DNA from: the human T2T-CHM13v2.0 reference genome, Homo sapiens
Reading direction: 5' to 3' (one strand)
Assembly: GCF_009914755.1 (NCBI RefSeq)
Contig: NC_060947.1
DNA length: 64,000 nt
Shown: positions 51,476-64,000 of the stretch, piece after piece
How the letters are laid out: each line of letters begins with the position of its first letter
Position numbering within the stretch: position 1 is the first letter of the stretch
The notes under the pieces: model-generated
The model's database searches: none
Told to the model about the DNA's origin: nothing
The model's input: the letters and a program-made list of their open reading frames with translations, nothing else
Made by a program: the position numbers and the translations under genes

Positions 51476-53670
51476 TTGCAGCACTATTCTTAATTGCAAA
51501 GACATGGAATTGCAAAGACAAAGACAAGCCAGGCAGAGTGGTGAGGGGTGTGTGGGTGAGTGAGCATGGGATTTTGTGACTGCACACAGCCAGACACCCC
51601 TGCTGCTGTGGCAGGGTAGGCAGCTCTAGGCGCTTGCACAGGTGCTGACTCCCTGCAAGCCTGTGGCTAGGCCAGAAGTACTACACGTGGCTTATGCTGT
51701 GGGCACCCACATCTGGACAAGGATAACACAATGGTGCCCAGAAGCTTGAAGATGCCCTAAATGTCTATCAATGGTAGACTGGGTAAAGAAAATGTGGTAC
51801 ATATACACCATGAAATATTATGCAGCCATAAAAAAGAACAAGACCATGTCCTTTTCAGGAACATGGAGGCCATAATCCTTAGCAAACCGAAAAGGGAACA
51901 GAAAACCAAATACCACATGTTCTCACTTATAAGTGGGAGCTAAACGATGAGAATATATGGACATATAGAGGGGAAAAACACATACTGGGGCCTTTTGGAG
52001 GGTGGAGGATGGGAGGTGGGAGAGGATCAGGAACAATAACTAATGAGTGTCATGGGATCCTTGGGGTGTTGCTTTGTTAGTCAGAAACTTCTGGCCAGTG
52101 GTGCCTTTGGCCTGAGTACTATTCGCGTCCACTGGGCTTGGTCCGCTCACTTGGCCCCGCAGGCTGTGCTTGACTCATGCTATCAGCTTAGCTTCCACCC
52201 TTGCCAAGGGCAAGCCAGGCACAGAGTGGTGAGTGGTGTGTGGGTGAGCAAGCATGGGATTTCATGACTGCATACAGCCAGGCACTCTGGCTGCTGTGGC
52301 AGGGCAGGCAGCTCCAGGCACTTACACAGGTGTTGGCTCTGTGCAAGGCTATGGCTAGACCAGAAGTACCACACATGGCTTCTGCTGTGGGCACCCACAT
52401 CTGGACAAGGATAACACGATGGTGCCCAAAAGCTTGAAGATGCAAGGAACCACAGAGCCCCAAAGAGGGTGTCACAGCCCTGGCTCAGGGACCCTCTAGG
52501 TCTGGGATCACCAAAGGGCTGCAGCTCTTCTGTCCATGTTACCCACAACATGGCAAGCAGGATGTGTGGCAGGGGGATGGGCATGCTTTAGCTCTGTTTG
52601 TGTTACAGCTCTTTTAGTCCCACCATTTGGTGGGTCCCGAATTCTTGTCCCACGTCCAGGAAGAATGAGGTATGTGGCCAACTGAAGGGTGAGCAAGGCC
52701 GAGAGGAGTTTCATTGAGCAACAGCGTAGCTCTCAGGAGACCCACAGTGGGTAGCTCCTTTCTGCAGGCAGGTTGTCTCGGTGAGTGTCCAGTTCTCACT
52801 GGAGAGATCTGCAGTGGGTAGCTCCTTTCTACAGCTCCTTTCTTCTGAATGTCTGTTCCATTATGGCTGAGTCCAGAGTTTTTATGGGCTCAGAACAGTG
52901 GAAGTGCATGCTGATTGATCCATAATGTGCGGGCTCAGAAAAAGCACCACAAGTTCTCACTCCAGGCAGTGGACTCCACTTGGAACTGGCAGCCCAACCC
53001 CCAGGCTTCAAGCCAACCTTAGCTTGAAGGTGGGGTATTACCAGAGACCTGCCCATTTCAGCCCAGGTACCTGTCTGCCTCCTGCCATCAACATTCCATT
53101 CATGGCGCCCAGGCTATTTGTGCTTAGTGGTGCCTGCAGGTTCAGGCTGAGCTGCTCTCAGCCCCACCAGCCTCCCTCTGTGCCAAAGTGGTGGTGGGCC
53201 GGTCTGTTGTGTCAGCACACCCCTAAGTGTGCACACACCTGGCCAGGTTGCTCTAGCACCCAGGCTCAGCTTCAACTTTTCTGCCAAATTTGAGTGGGCC
53301 CCACCAGCGGGAGCAGGGGGTACTTCCCAGACCCCCAAGAGCATAGGGATGCCTGGGACTGGAGCCACAGCTGGGCAGCTGCAGCAGTGCCTGGGAGCAC
53401 AGGGCTCCTGCCCCTTTAAATCTGTAGAGAGTGGGGCTCCCACCAGTTATCAGCCCCCACTGGCTCCACAGAGCATGCAGCTCCAGCCATGCCTCCCCCA
53501 CTGCAGCTGACATCCCCACAGCAGCTGCTACAGATGGGCAGCCACTGCCATCATGAGTACTAGGCTTAATACCTCGGTGATGAAATACTCTGTACAACAA
53601 CCCCCCTGACACAAGTTTACCTATGTAACAAACCTACACATGTACCCTTGAACTTAAAAGTTAAAAAAAG
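51476..53670 (+). mobile_element. L1PA11-13-like 3' fragment, interrupted by MER52 and a MER52-derived patch
   Basis: ORF2 C-terminus and 3'UTR gaggatcagg..taactaatgagtactaggcttaatacc..tctgtacaacaacccc..aacttaaaagttaaaaaa. Confidence 0.8.
52048..53553 (-). mobile_element. MER52(A)-like ERV1 solo LTR
   Basis: tgtcatgggatccttggggtg...gccactgccatca, perfect TSD tgag 52044-52047 / 53554-53557. Confidence 0.85.
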
Positions 53671-54937
53671 TTATTAGAACAAATATAAAAACAATATTTA
53701 TCATAACCATAGAAAAGCCAGAACTTTGCCGTAGATATTTCCCAAACAAATAAGTTGGAAAAGAAGCAAACAGACTTAGTACATTATAGTCTTCTTTAAA
53801 AATAATTTATACTTTTAAAATCTTTCAAACAAAGTAGCATGGAATATTTTATGGAATAAAATTAAGTAAGTAGAATAAAATCATCAAAGCGTTTTTGGGG
53901 GTTTTAGTATATATTTCTTTCCTTCAGGCTAATTCAATAAGGTTTTTATTCTTAGACAATTTCTACAGATTATCCCATAGTTTATCTGCTAAACTTCAGA
54001 TTTTAACAAAGTCTTATATATTAAGAAGTCCAATCTAATTTGAATAAAAAACCTAAGTCTCACATTTAAACTGTATTTATACACAGCAAGATCTTGTCCT
54101 AAATCAGCAACTTAACGTGAAAAGAAGGAATGACCTGTGTCTAATCTTCCTGCTTTATTACTTCAACTACTTGATCTATTACTTCTGATTCCTTTAGATT
54201 TGGGTGGAAAAGAAGGAGAGGTGGAATTGATAAAAATTATATTCTGAGTTAATGTAATCTATATATTCTTTTTTTAAAAAAAGAAAAAAATGTTGTGAAC
54301 TGATGTTGGTACCCTCTGTGGGATGGAAGCCCAAACTCTGGCTTTTTGTTCATGTAGCAATTTGGTGGATTCATTGGAGAAAGGCTGTAGGGACTTCCCA
54401 CTGCCCTAAGTCTTTGAAAATGGAATGCATTCTCAGTGTACTGCTTCTCGGTCCCCCTTAGATCCTGTTTCTAATAATAACTCTGCACAGATGTATCTGT
54501 TGGGTTTATCATATTGTGACAAGTAGACTCCTTGGGGTTGAATGCTGATTAAGATGGTACATTTCTATGTACATATTTAGTAAACATTCTGGACCATGGG
54601 GAAGATGGGCCACTCCCTATTCAGTCCTTCCCCCAGCCCCTGAAAACCAATAATTTACTATCTGTCTCTGTGGATTTGCTTTTCCTGGATATTTCATATA
54701 AATGGAATCATATGTGGCCTTTTGTTTTTGGCTTCTTTCATTGAGTATGTTTACAGGGTTCATCCACATTGTAGCATGTATCAGAATTCCATTCTTTTAT
54801 ATTGCCAAACAGTATTCCATGTATAAAAAATACATTTTTTATATCCATTCATCAGTCTGTAAACATGTGAATTGCTCCTGCTTCTTGGCTATTATGAATA
54901 ATGCTGTTAAAAATATTATCATACAAGTTTTTATGTG

Positions 54938-55081
54938 GAAACATGGTTTCAAAACTTTTGGAGAGAGATATATATATATGTGTATATATATATATGAAAC
55001 ATATACACACACGTATATATATATATATATATGTATATATATGAAACATGGTTTCAAAACTTTTGGATATATATATCCAAA

Positions 55082-55112
<31 letters not shown>

Positions 55113-55160
55113 TTTGGATATATATATATATACACACACACACACATGCATATATACATG
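54938..55160. repeat. (TA)n/(CA)n microsatellite with a duplicated 25-bp unit
   Basis: gaaacatggtttcaaaacttttgga at 54938-54962 and 55043-55067. Confidence 0.9.
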
Positions 55161-55816
55161 TACGATTAGAATAAGAAGTAGTATTCTTGGGTCATTTGGT
55201 AAATCTATGTTTAACTTTTTGAGGACCTATCAAACTCTCTCCTGCGAGGGCTATATACCATTTTATATTCCCACCAGCAATGTATGAATGTTCCAATTTC
55301 TCCATAATTTCCAAGTGCTTGTTATTGTCTGTTTTTTTTTTCTGTTTTGTGTGTGTGTGTGTGTGTCTGTGTGTGTGATTTTAGCCATACTTGTTTGTTT
55401 ATAGGATTTGTCCATTTCATCTAGGTTATCTAATATATTGATGCACAATTACTCATAGAATTCCCTTATGATCATTTTCTTTCCCTGTAAGGTAAGTTGT
55501 AATGTTCCTTGTTCATTCTTGATTGCAATAATTTGAGTTCTGTCTCTCTCTCTCTCTCTCTCTCCTCAGTTTACTTAGCGTTTTGTCAATTTTGTGGGCT
55601 TGGAAATGATTCTTTTGACATGATTTTGTTTTATAGTCTTTCTTAATTTTACCTATTCTTTCTAAATTTAATTTTTTATGTAATCTTTATTATTTTCTTT
55701 CATCTATTTGATTTCTGTTAATTCGCTCTTCTTTATCTAGTTTCATTAGGTGAAAGATTGTTATTAATTTGAGATAACTGTTTTTTAATATACCTGTTTA
55801 CAACTAAAATTTTCTC

Positions 55817-56281
<465 letters not shown>

Positions 56282-56607
56282 TTACACCCTCTTCAACATT
56301 TCCAAAATGTCTCTTTCTTATTGGTATCTGAATTGATTCCATTGTTCTGGAGATCATACTTTGTATTTTTTTAATTCTTTGGAGTGTATTTAGATGTTTT
56401 ATAATCTAACATTTAGTCGATCTGGGAGAATGTTCTATGTGCATGTGAGGATAAGTGTTTTCTGCTGTTGTTGGGTAGGGTGTTTTGTAGATGTTTACAA
56501 GGTCTAGTTGATTACAGGGTTGTTCAAATATTTCATTTCTTTGTTGATCTTCTGCCTAATTGTTCTATCCATTATTGAAAATGGGATAATAAAATGTCCA
56601 AATACTA

Positions 56608-59600
56608 TTTTTTTAATTTTTAATGTTTGTGGATGCATAGCAGGTGTATATATTTATGAGTTACATGAGATACTTTGATACAGACATCCAATGTGTAATA
56701 ATCATATCAGGATAAATGGAATATCCATCATATCAGGCATTTATCCCTTGTATTACAATCTAAGTATACTTTTAGTTATTTTAAAATGCACAATTAAATC
56801 ATTCTTGACTATAGTCATCCTGTTGTGCCATCAAATACCCAGCCTTATTTATTCTTTCTAACTAATTTTGTACCCATTAACAATCCCCACTTTCCTCCCA
56901 GTCCCCCACTATACTTCCCAGCCTCGGAAACCATACTTCAACTCTCCATGTCCGTGAATTCAATTGTTTTAGTTTTTAGCTCCTGCAAATAAGTAAGAAC
57001 ATGCAACATTAATCTTTCTGTGCCTGCCCTATTTAACTTAACGTGATAACCTCAAGTTCCATCCATGTTGTTGGAAATGAGAGGATCTCTTTCTTTTTAA
57101 TGGCTGAATAGTACTCCATTCTGTATATGTACTGCATTTTCTTTATCTATTCATCTGTTGATGGACATTTAGGTTGCTTCCAAATCTTGGCTGTTGTGAA
57201 TAGTACTGCATTAAACATGAGAGTGCAGATCTCTTCAATATACTGATTTCCATTCTTTGAAATATATATCTAGGAGTGGGATTGCTGGATTGTATGGTAC
57301 CTCTATTTTTAGTTTTCTGAGGAAGCTCTAAACTATTCTCCATGGTGGCTGTACTAATTTATATTCCCAACAACAGTGTTCAAGGTTTCCCCTTTATCCA
57401 CATCCTCACCAGCATTTGTTATTGTGTGACTTTTAGATAAAAGCATTTTAACTGGGGTAAGATGATATCTCATTGTAATTTTGATTTGCATTTCTCTTAT
57501 AATTAATCATATTGAGCACCATTTCATATACCTGTTTGCCATTTGTGTGTTCTTTTGAGACATGTCTATTCAGATGTTGTGTTCATTTTTCAAGTCAGAT
57601 TGTTAATTTTTTTTCCTAAAAAGTTGTTCGAGTTCCTAATATATTCTGCCTCCTAATCTCTTGTCAGGTGGGTGGTTTGCCAATTTCTTATTTTGTGGTT
57701 TGTCTCTTCACTTTGTCGATTGTTTCATTTGCTTTGCAGAAGCTTTCTAACTTGATGTAATTTCATTTGTCCATTTTTGTTTGATTACCTGTGCTTGTGG
57801 AATACTGCTCAAGAAATCTTTGCCTAGACCAATGTCCTGGTTGAGTTACCTCAATGTTTTCTTTTAGAAGTTTCTTAGTTTGAGGTTTTAGATTGAAGTT
57901 TTGAATCCATTTGGAATTGATTTTTGAATATGGTGAGAGATAGGGGTCTATTTTTCTTTTTCTGCATATGGATATCCCCTTATCCCAGCACCATTTATTG
58001 AAGAGACTGTTCTTTTCCCAGTGTATGTTCATGTCAACTTTGTCAAAAATGAATTCACTGTAGAGGTATGGGTTGATCTCTTGGTTCTCTAACATGTTTC
58101 ACTGATGTATGTGTCTGTTTTTATGCCAGTACCATGCTGTTTTGGTTACTATAGCTTTGTGGTATAACTTAAAATCAAGTAATGTTCTTCTTCGAGTTTT
58201 GTTCTTTTCGCTCAGGATAGCTTTGGCTATTCTGGTTCTTTTGCAGTTCCATAATAATGTTAGGATTTTTTATTCTGTTTATGTGAAGAATGTCATTGGC
58301 ATTTTATAGGTATTGCATTGAATCTCTAGATTGCTTTGGGTAGTATGGACATTTTAATAATATTGATTCTTCTAATCCATGAATATGGCATATTTTTTTT
58401 TTCAATTTTTTGTGTCCTCTTCAATTTCTTGCATCAATATTTTATGGTTCTCATTGTAGAGAACTTTCTCTTGTTTGGTTAATTCCTAGGTTTTTTTTTA
58501 TTTGTAGCTATTATAAATGAGATTAATTTCTTAATTTATGTTTCAGAATGTTTGTTGTTGGTGCATAAAAATGCTACTGATTTTTTTTACGTTGATCTTG
58601 TATCCTGTCACTTTATTGAATTTGCTTATCAATTATCTAGTTTTTTCAGTAGAGTCTTTAAGTTTTTCCAAATATTAGACCATATCATCTGCAAACAAGG
58701 ATAATTTAACTTTTTCCTTTTCAGTTTGAATGTCTTTTATTTCCTTCTCTTGTCAATTACTCTAGCTAGGACATCCAGTATTATGTTGAAAAATGGTGGT
58801 AAAAATGGGCATTCTTCTCAGGTTTCTCATATTAGAGGATAGGCTTTCAAATTTTTCCTATACTGTATGATACTGGCTATGGGTCTGTCATATGAGGCTT
58901 TTATTTTGCTGAAGTATGTTCTTTCTATACCCAATTTTTTGAGTTTCTTTTAATCTTGAAGGGATGTTAAATATTATCCAATGATTTTTCAGTAGGAATT
59001 AAAATTATCATATTGCTTTTTTGTTCATTCTGCTGATATGATGCGTCACATTAATTGATGTGCATATGTTGAAACATCCTTGCTTCCCAGTGATAATTCC
59101 CTCTTGGTAATGATAAGTTATCTTTTTAATATGTTTTTCAATGCAGTTTGCTGGTATTCTGTGGAGGATTTTTGCATCAATAGTCATCAGATATATTGGT
59201 CTGTATTTTTCTTTTTTTGATGTGTGTTTATATGGATTTGGTATCAGCATAATATTGGCCTCATAAAATAAGTGTGGATGTATTTCATCCTCCTCTTTTT
59301 TTTGTAGTCGTTTGAGTAAGATTGCTATTAGCTATTCTTTAAATTCTTAATATAATTCAGCAATAAAGCCATTGGGTCATGAGCCTTTTTTTTTTTTTAA
59401 TTGGCAAACATTTTTATTATGGCTTTGATCGCATTACTTGTTATTACTCTGTTCACGTTTTAGATTTCCTCATGGTTCAATCTTGGTAGGTTGTATATGG
59501 CTAGAAATCTATTCATATCTTCTAGATTTTCCAATTTATTTGCATATGTATGCTCATAGTAGCCACTAATGGTCCTTTCAAATTTTACAGTATAAGTTAA

Positions 59601-62600
59601 AATGTATTCTTTTTCAACACTGATTTTATTTGTCTGGTTCTTCTCTATTTTTTTTGTTGTTCTGGCTTAAGACTTGTTCATTTTGTTCATGTTTTCAAAA
59701 AAACAACTTTTTGTTTCCTTGATCTTTTGTATTTTCTTTATTTCAAATTCATTTATTTCTACTCTGATATTTATTTGTTCTACTAATGTGGTGCTTGCTT
59801 TGCTCTTGATTTTCTAATTATTTCAAATGCATCATTAGCTTATTTATTTGAAATATTTTTTCTTTTTTGATATAGGTACTTATAGTTAGAAACATTCCTC
59901 TCAGTACTTCCTTTTCTGTATTTTTAGGTTTTAGTTTGTTGTGTTTTCATCATTATTTCTTTCAAAATATTTTTTCAGTTTTCTTCCTTATTTCTTCATT
60001 GACCCACTGGTTATTCAGGAGCATATTATTTAATTTTCATGTATCTGTATAGTTTCCAAAATTCCCCATTATTTTTTGTTTTATTCCATTGTAGTCACAG
60101 AAGATGCTTGATATTAGTTCAAAAATTTCTGAATGTTTTAAGACTTGTTTTGTGGCCTTTGTATGGTCTATCTTTGAGAATGATTGATATACTGAAGAGA
60201 AGAATGTGTATTGTGCATCTGTTGGATAAAATGTTCTCTAAATATATGCTAGGTCTATTTTTTTCTACAGTGCAGATTAAGTCTGATGATTTTTGTTGAT
60301 TTTCTGTCTGGGAGATCTGCTTGATGCTGAGACTAGGGTGTCAAAGTCTCCAGCTCTTGTTTTGGGATCTATCTCTGTCTTTAGATCTAATAATATTTGC
60401 TTTATATATCTGGGTGCTCCAGCGATGAGTGCATATATACCTAAAATTGTTATATCCTCCTGCTGAATTGAACCTTTCATCATTTTCTAATGACCTTTTT
60501 GTGTATTTTCATATTTTGTCTTGAAATCTATTTTGTCTGATATAAGTATAGCTACTCCATCTCTTTGTGGGATTTTATTGCCATGGAATATATTTTTCTT
60601 TTATTTTCCACCTATGTGTATTTTTACAGGTGAAGTGTGCTTCTTGCAGGCAACAGATCATGCAGTCTTGTTTTTTCATCCATTCAGCCACTCTATGTCC
60701 TTTGATTGGAGAGTTTAGTCCGCTTATATTCAGTGTTATTTTTGATTAGTAGGGACTTAATTGTGCCATTTTGTTTGTTTTCTAGTTGTTTTGCTGTCTT
60801 CTGTTCCTTCTTTCTTTCCTTCCTATCTTCCTTTTAGTGATGTTGATTTTCTCTTGTATGCTTTAATTTCTTGCTTTTTATTTTCTGTGTATTTGTTGTA
60901 TGCTTTTTTGATTTGAGGTTACCATGAGGCTTGCAAATACTGCCTGATAGCCCATTGTATAAACTGATGACAACATAATACTGATTGCATAAACAGACAA
61001 ACATGTAAAAAAAACAAATACAAACTACACTTTACCTTCATACCCTACTTTTTTATTTTAGTTGTTTCTCTTTATGTCTTATTGTATTTTCTATGCCTTG
61101 AAAAGATGTTTTAGGTACTATTTTTGCTTGGTTCAATATTTAGTCTTTCTAATTGAGACAAGAGTAGTTTACGTACCATAATTAGAATGTTATATTATTC
61201 TGTGGTTTCTATATCCTTACTATTACCAGTAAATTTTGTACGTTTAAGTGATTTCTTCTTGCTCGTAAGCATCCTTTTCTTTCATATTGAATAACTTCCT
61301 TTAGCACTTCTTATAGGACTGGTGTAATGTTAATGTAATCCCTCAGCTTTTATTGTCTGAAAAGATCTTTATTTTTCCTTTATGCTTGGAGGATATTTTC
61401 ATGAGATATACTATTCTAGGGTAATAGATTTTTCATTAAGCACTTTAAATATGTCATGACCCTCTCTCCTGGCCTATAAGGATTCCTCTGAGAAGTCTGC
61501 TACCAGATGTATTGGAGCTCCACTTTATGCTATTTTTTTCTCTTGGTGCTTTTAGAGTCCTGTCTTTATCCTCATTTTTTTGGGATTTTGATTATTGAAT
61601 GCTTTGAGGTAGTTGTTTTTGGGTTAAATCTGCTTGGTGTTCTGTAACCTTGTATATTTGAATGTTGATATCTTTCTCTAGGTTTGGGAACTTCTCTAAA
61701 ATTATTCCTTTTAACAAATAAACTTTCTTTCCCTATCTCCTTCTCTCCTTCCTCTTCAAGGCCAATAACTCTTAGAGATGGCCTTTCGAGGCTATTTTTT
61801 TAGATCTTGTAGGCATGCATCATTGCTTTTTATTCATTTTTCTTTTGTCTCCTCTATGTGTTTTCAAATAGCCTGTCATCAGGCTCACTAATTCTTTCTT
61901 CTGATTAATCAATTTTGCTATTAAGAAAATCCATTGTAGTCTTTAGCTTGTCAAATGCATTTTTCAATTTTATAATTTTAGTTTGATTCTTTTGAATTAT
62001 TTCATTCCTTTTAAATATATATGACAGAATTCTGAATTTCTTCTCTGTTTAGTTTTGAATTTCTTTGCATTTCCTCAATATAGCTATTTTGAATTCTCTG
62101 TCTGAAAGGCCATACATCTGTTTTTTTCCAGGATTAGTCCCTGGTGCCTTATTTAGTTCATATGGTTAGGTCATGTTTTCTCATATTACCTTGATGCTTG
62201 TAGATGTCCGTTGGTGTCTAGGCATTGAAGAGTTAGGTATTTATTGTATTCTTCACAATCTGGGCTTGTTTTTACCTGTCTTCTTTGGGAAGGGTATTCA
62301 GGTATTTGAAGGGACTTGGGCCCCAAGGCCAATATTGCTGTGCTTTTTGCAGACTCGTAGAGGTATCATCTTGATGGTCTGGTATAAGATCTGGAAGAAT
62401 TCTCTGGATTACCAGGCAGAGGTTCTTTTTTTATTTCCCCCTTACTTTCTCCCAAACAAACCGAGTCTCTCTGTGTTGGGTCACCTGAAACAGGGGCTTT
62501 GATGATGCAAGCCCCTCTGTGGCCACCACCACTGGGACTGTGCTGGGACAGACAGGACCTTGGGCTTTGCCTGAGATGCTTCCCTTCTGGAAAGCAAGTT

Positions 62601-63187
62601 CACCCAGGCCCCAGGCATTTCTAGAGATGCTGTCTGGGGGCCAGAATTTGGAGTAAAATCCTTAGAAATTTACCTGATATTCTACTCTGTTGCATCTAAT
62701 CTGGCACTCAAACTAAAATATTGAGTCATTCCTGCTCTTCCATTCCCTTTCCACAAGCATAAGACCCTTTCCCTGTGGCCACTACCAACACCAGTTCACA
62801 GGGTGTTCTGCCAGCGAACCACCGATGTTCACCAAAAGCCTATGTGCTTTTTCATCAGCTTGTGATGAATGCTGCCTAACCTAGGACTCCCCCTTCAGGA
62901 CAGTGGGTGTCTCTCTGTCCCAGGGAAGGTCCAGAAATGCTGTCCAAGAGCCTAGGCATGGACTTGAGGCCCCCTAGAGCCTCCTTATTGCTCTATCACA
63001 CTGTGGCTGAGCTGGTATCTAAGGTGCAAGACAAAGTTCCTTTTACTTTTCTCTCTGCTTTTCTCAAATAGAAGTCTTCCATGATAGACACCACAGCTGG
63101 GAATGTGCTGGTTAACCCCTGAAGCCAGCATGTCTCAGACCTGAAGGCCCATGCTGTACTCCCTAGATACTGCTGCTGGTCATTCAA
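56608..63187 (-). mobile_element. Near full-length L1MA2/3 (3'UTR, ORF2, ORF1, part of 5'UTR)
   Basis: aatgtgtaataatcatatcaggataaatgg 3'UTR. ORF2 remnants 57763-58095, 59008-59250, 60277-60483. The 5' region mirrors 32800-34500. Confidence 0.85.
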
Positions 63188-64000
63188 GGCATTTACGTCT
63201 ATCAGTTTCCCTCTTACTGCTGCTTTCACTGAATCTCATAGATTTTGATATGTTGCGTTTTCATTATCAATTGTTTTGATAAATTCTTAAATTTCATTCT
63301 TAATTTCTTCATTGACCCACTGGTCATTCAGGAGAATATTGTTTAATTTTCATGACTTTGTATATTTTCTAAAATTCCTCTTGTTGTTGATTTGTAGTTT
63401 TATTTTATTGTGGTCAGAGATGATGCTTGATAGTATTTTAATTTTTTAAATCTTTTAAGACTTGTTTTGTGACCTAATGTATGGACGGTCCTTGAAAATC
63501 ATCCTTGTACTGAGAAGAAAAAATGTGAGTTCTTCAGCTATTGGATGCAATGTTCTGTAAATATCTATTAAATCTATTTGTTCTAGTACAGATTATGTCC
63601 AATGTTTCTTTGTTGATTTTCTATCTGGAAGATCTGTCCAGTGCTGACAGTGGAGTCTTGAAGTCTCCAGGTATTATTGTATTGAGGTCTATCTCTCTAT
63701 CTATATTAATATTGGATATATATATATTTGGAAGCTCCAGTGTTGGCTGCATATATGTTTTCAACTGTTATACCCTCTTGGTGAATTGACCCCTTTATCA
63801 TTATATAGTGACCTTCTTTGTGTGTTCTTACAGGTTTTGTCTTGAAATCTATTTTATCTGATGTAAGTATAGCTACTCCTGCTTTTATTTTGTTTCCATT
63901 TTCATAACATATCTTTTTCCAGCCATTTATTTTCAGTCTATGTGTATCTTTATAGGTAAATTGTGCTTCTTGTAGGCAACAGGTTATTGGGTTTTGTTTT
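63188..64000 (-). mobile_element. Another L1MA-like ORF2 (endonuclease-region) fragment running off the window
   Basis: cattgacccactggtcattcagg..gaagtctccaggtattattgtattg, parallel to 59870-60660. Confidence 0.8.

Noticed and set aside
54702-55287. Ile/Tyr-rich ORFs
   Set aside because: Translations of (TA)n/(CA)n microsatellite.

Overview
Primate (human-like) non-coding DNA, AT-rich and made almost entirely of transposable-element remnants. I find no supportable host gene, RNA gene or CRISPR array, and no new enzymatic or genetic system. The left half is an L2 element split by a ~29 kb, roughly six-level nest of L1 insertions (old L1M > L1PB3/4 > full-length L1PA15/16 > L1MA1/2 > L1PB1, plus L1PA3/4, L1PA5, L1PA8-10, AluY, MSTA and an LTR25-like ERV retrocopy). 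Most insertions have readable target-site duplications (TSDs). The right half holds L1MA/L1MC/L1MB pieces, MaLR LTRs, MLT2, LTR12C (the only CpG island), MER52, Charlie, L3 and AluSc. The unusual signals are mechanistic: L1 3' transductions, twin-priming inversions of very different ages, a polyadenylated ERV LTR retrocopy, and several short locally templated insertions or hairpins. Subfamily names come from my recollection of consensus sequences, not a database search. Boundaries without a TSD are approximate (tens of bp).
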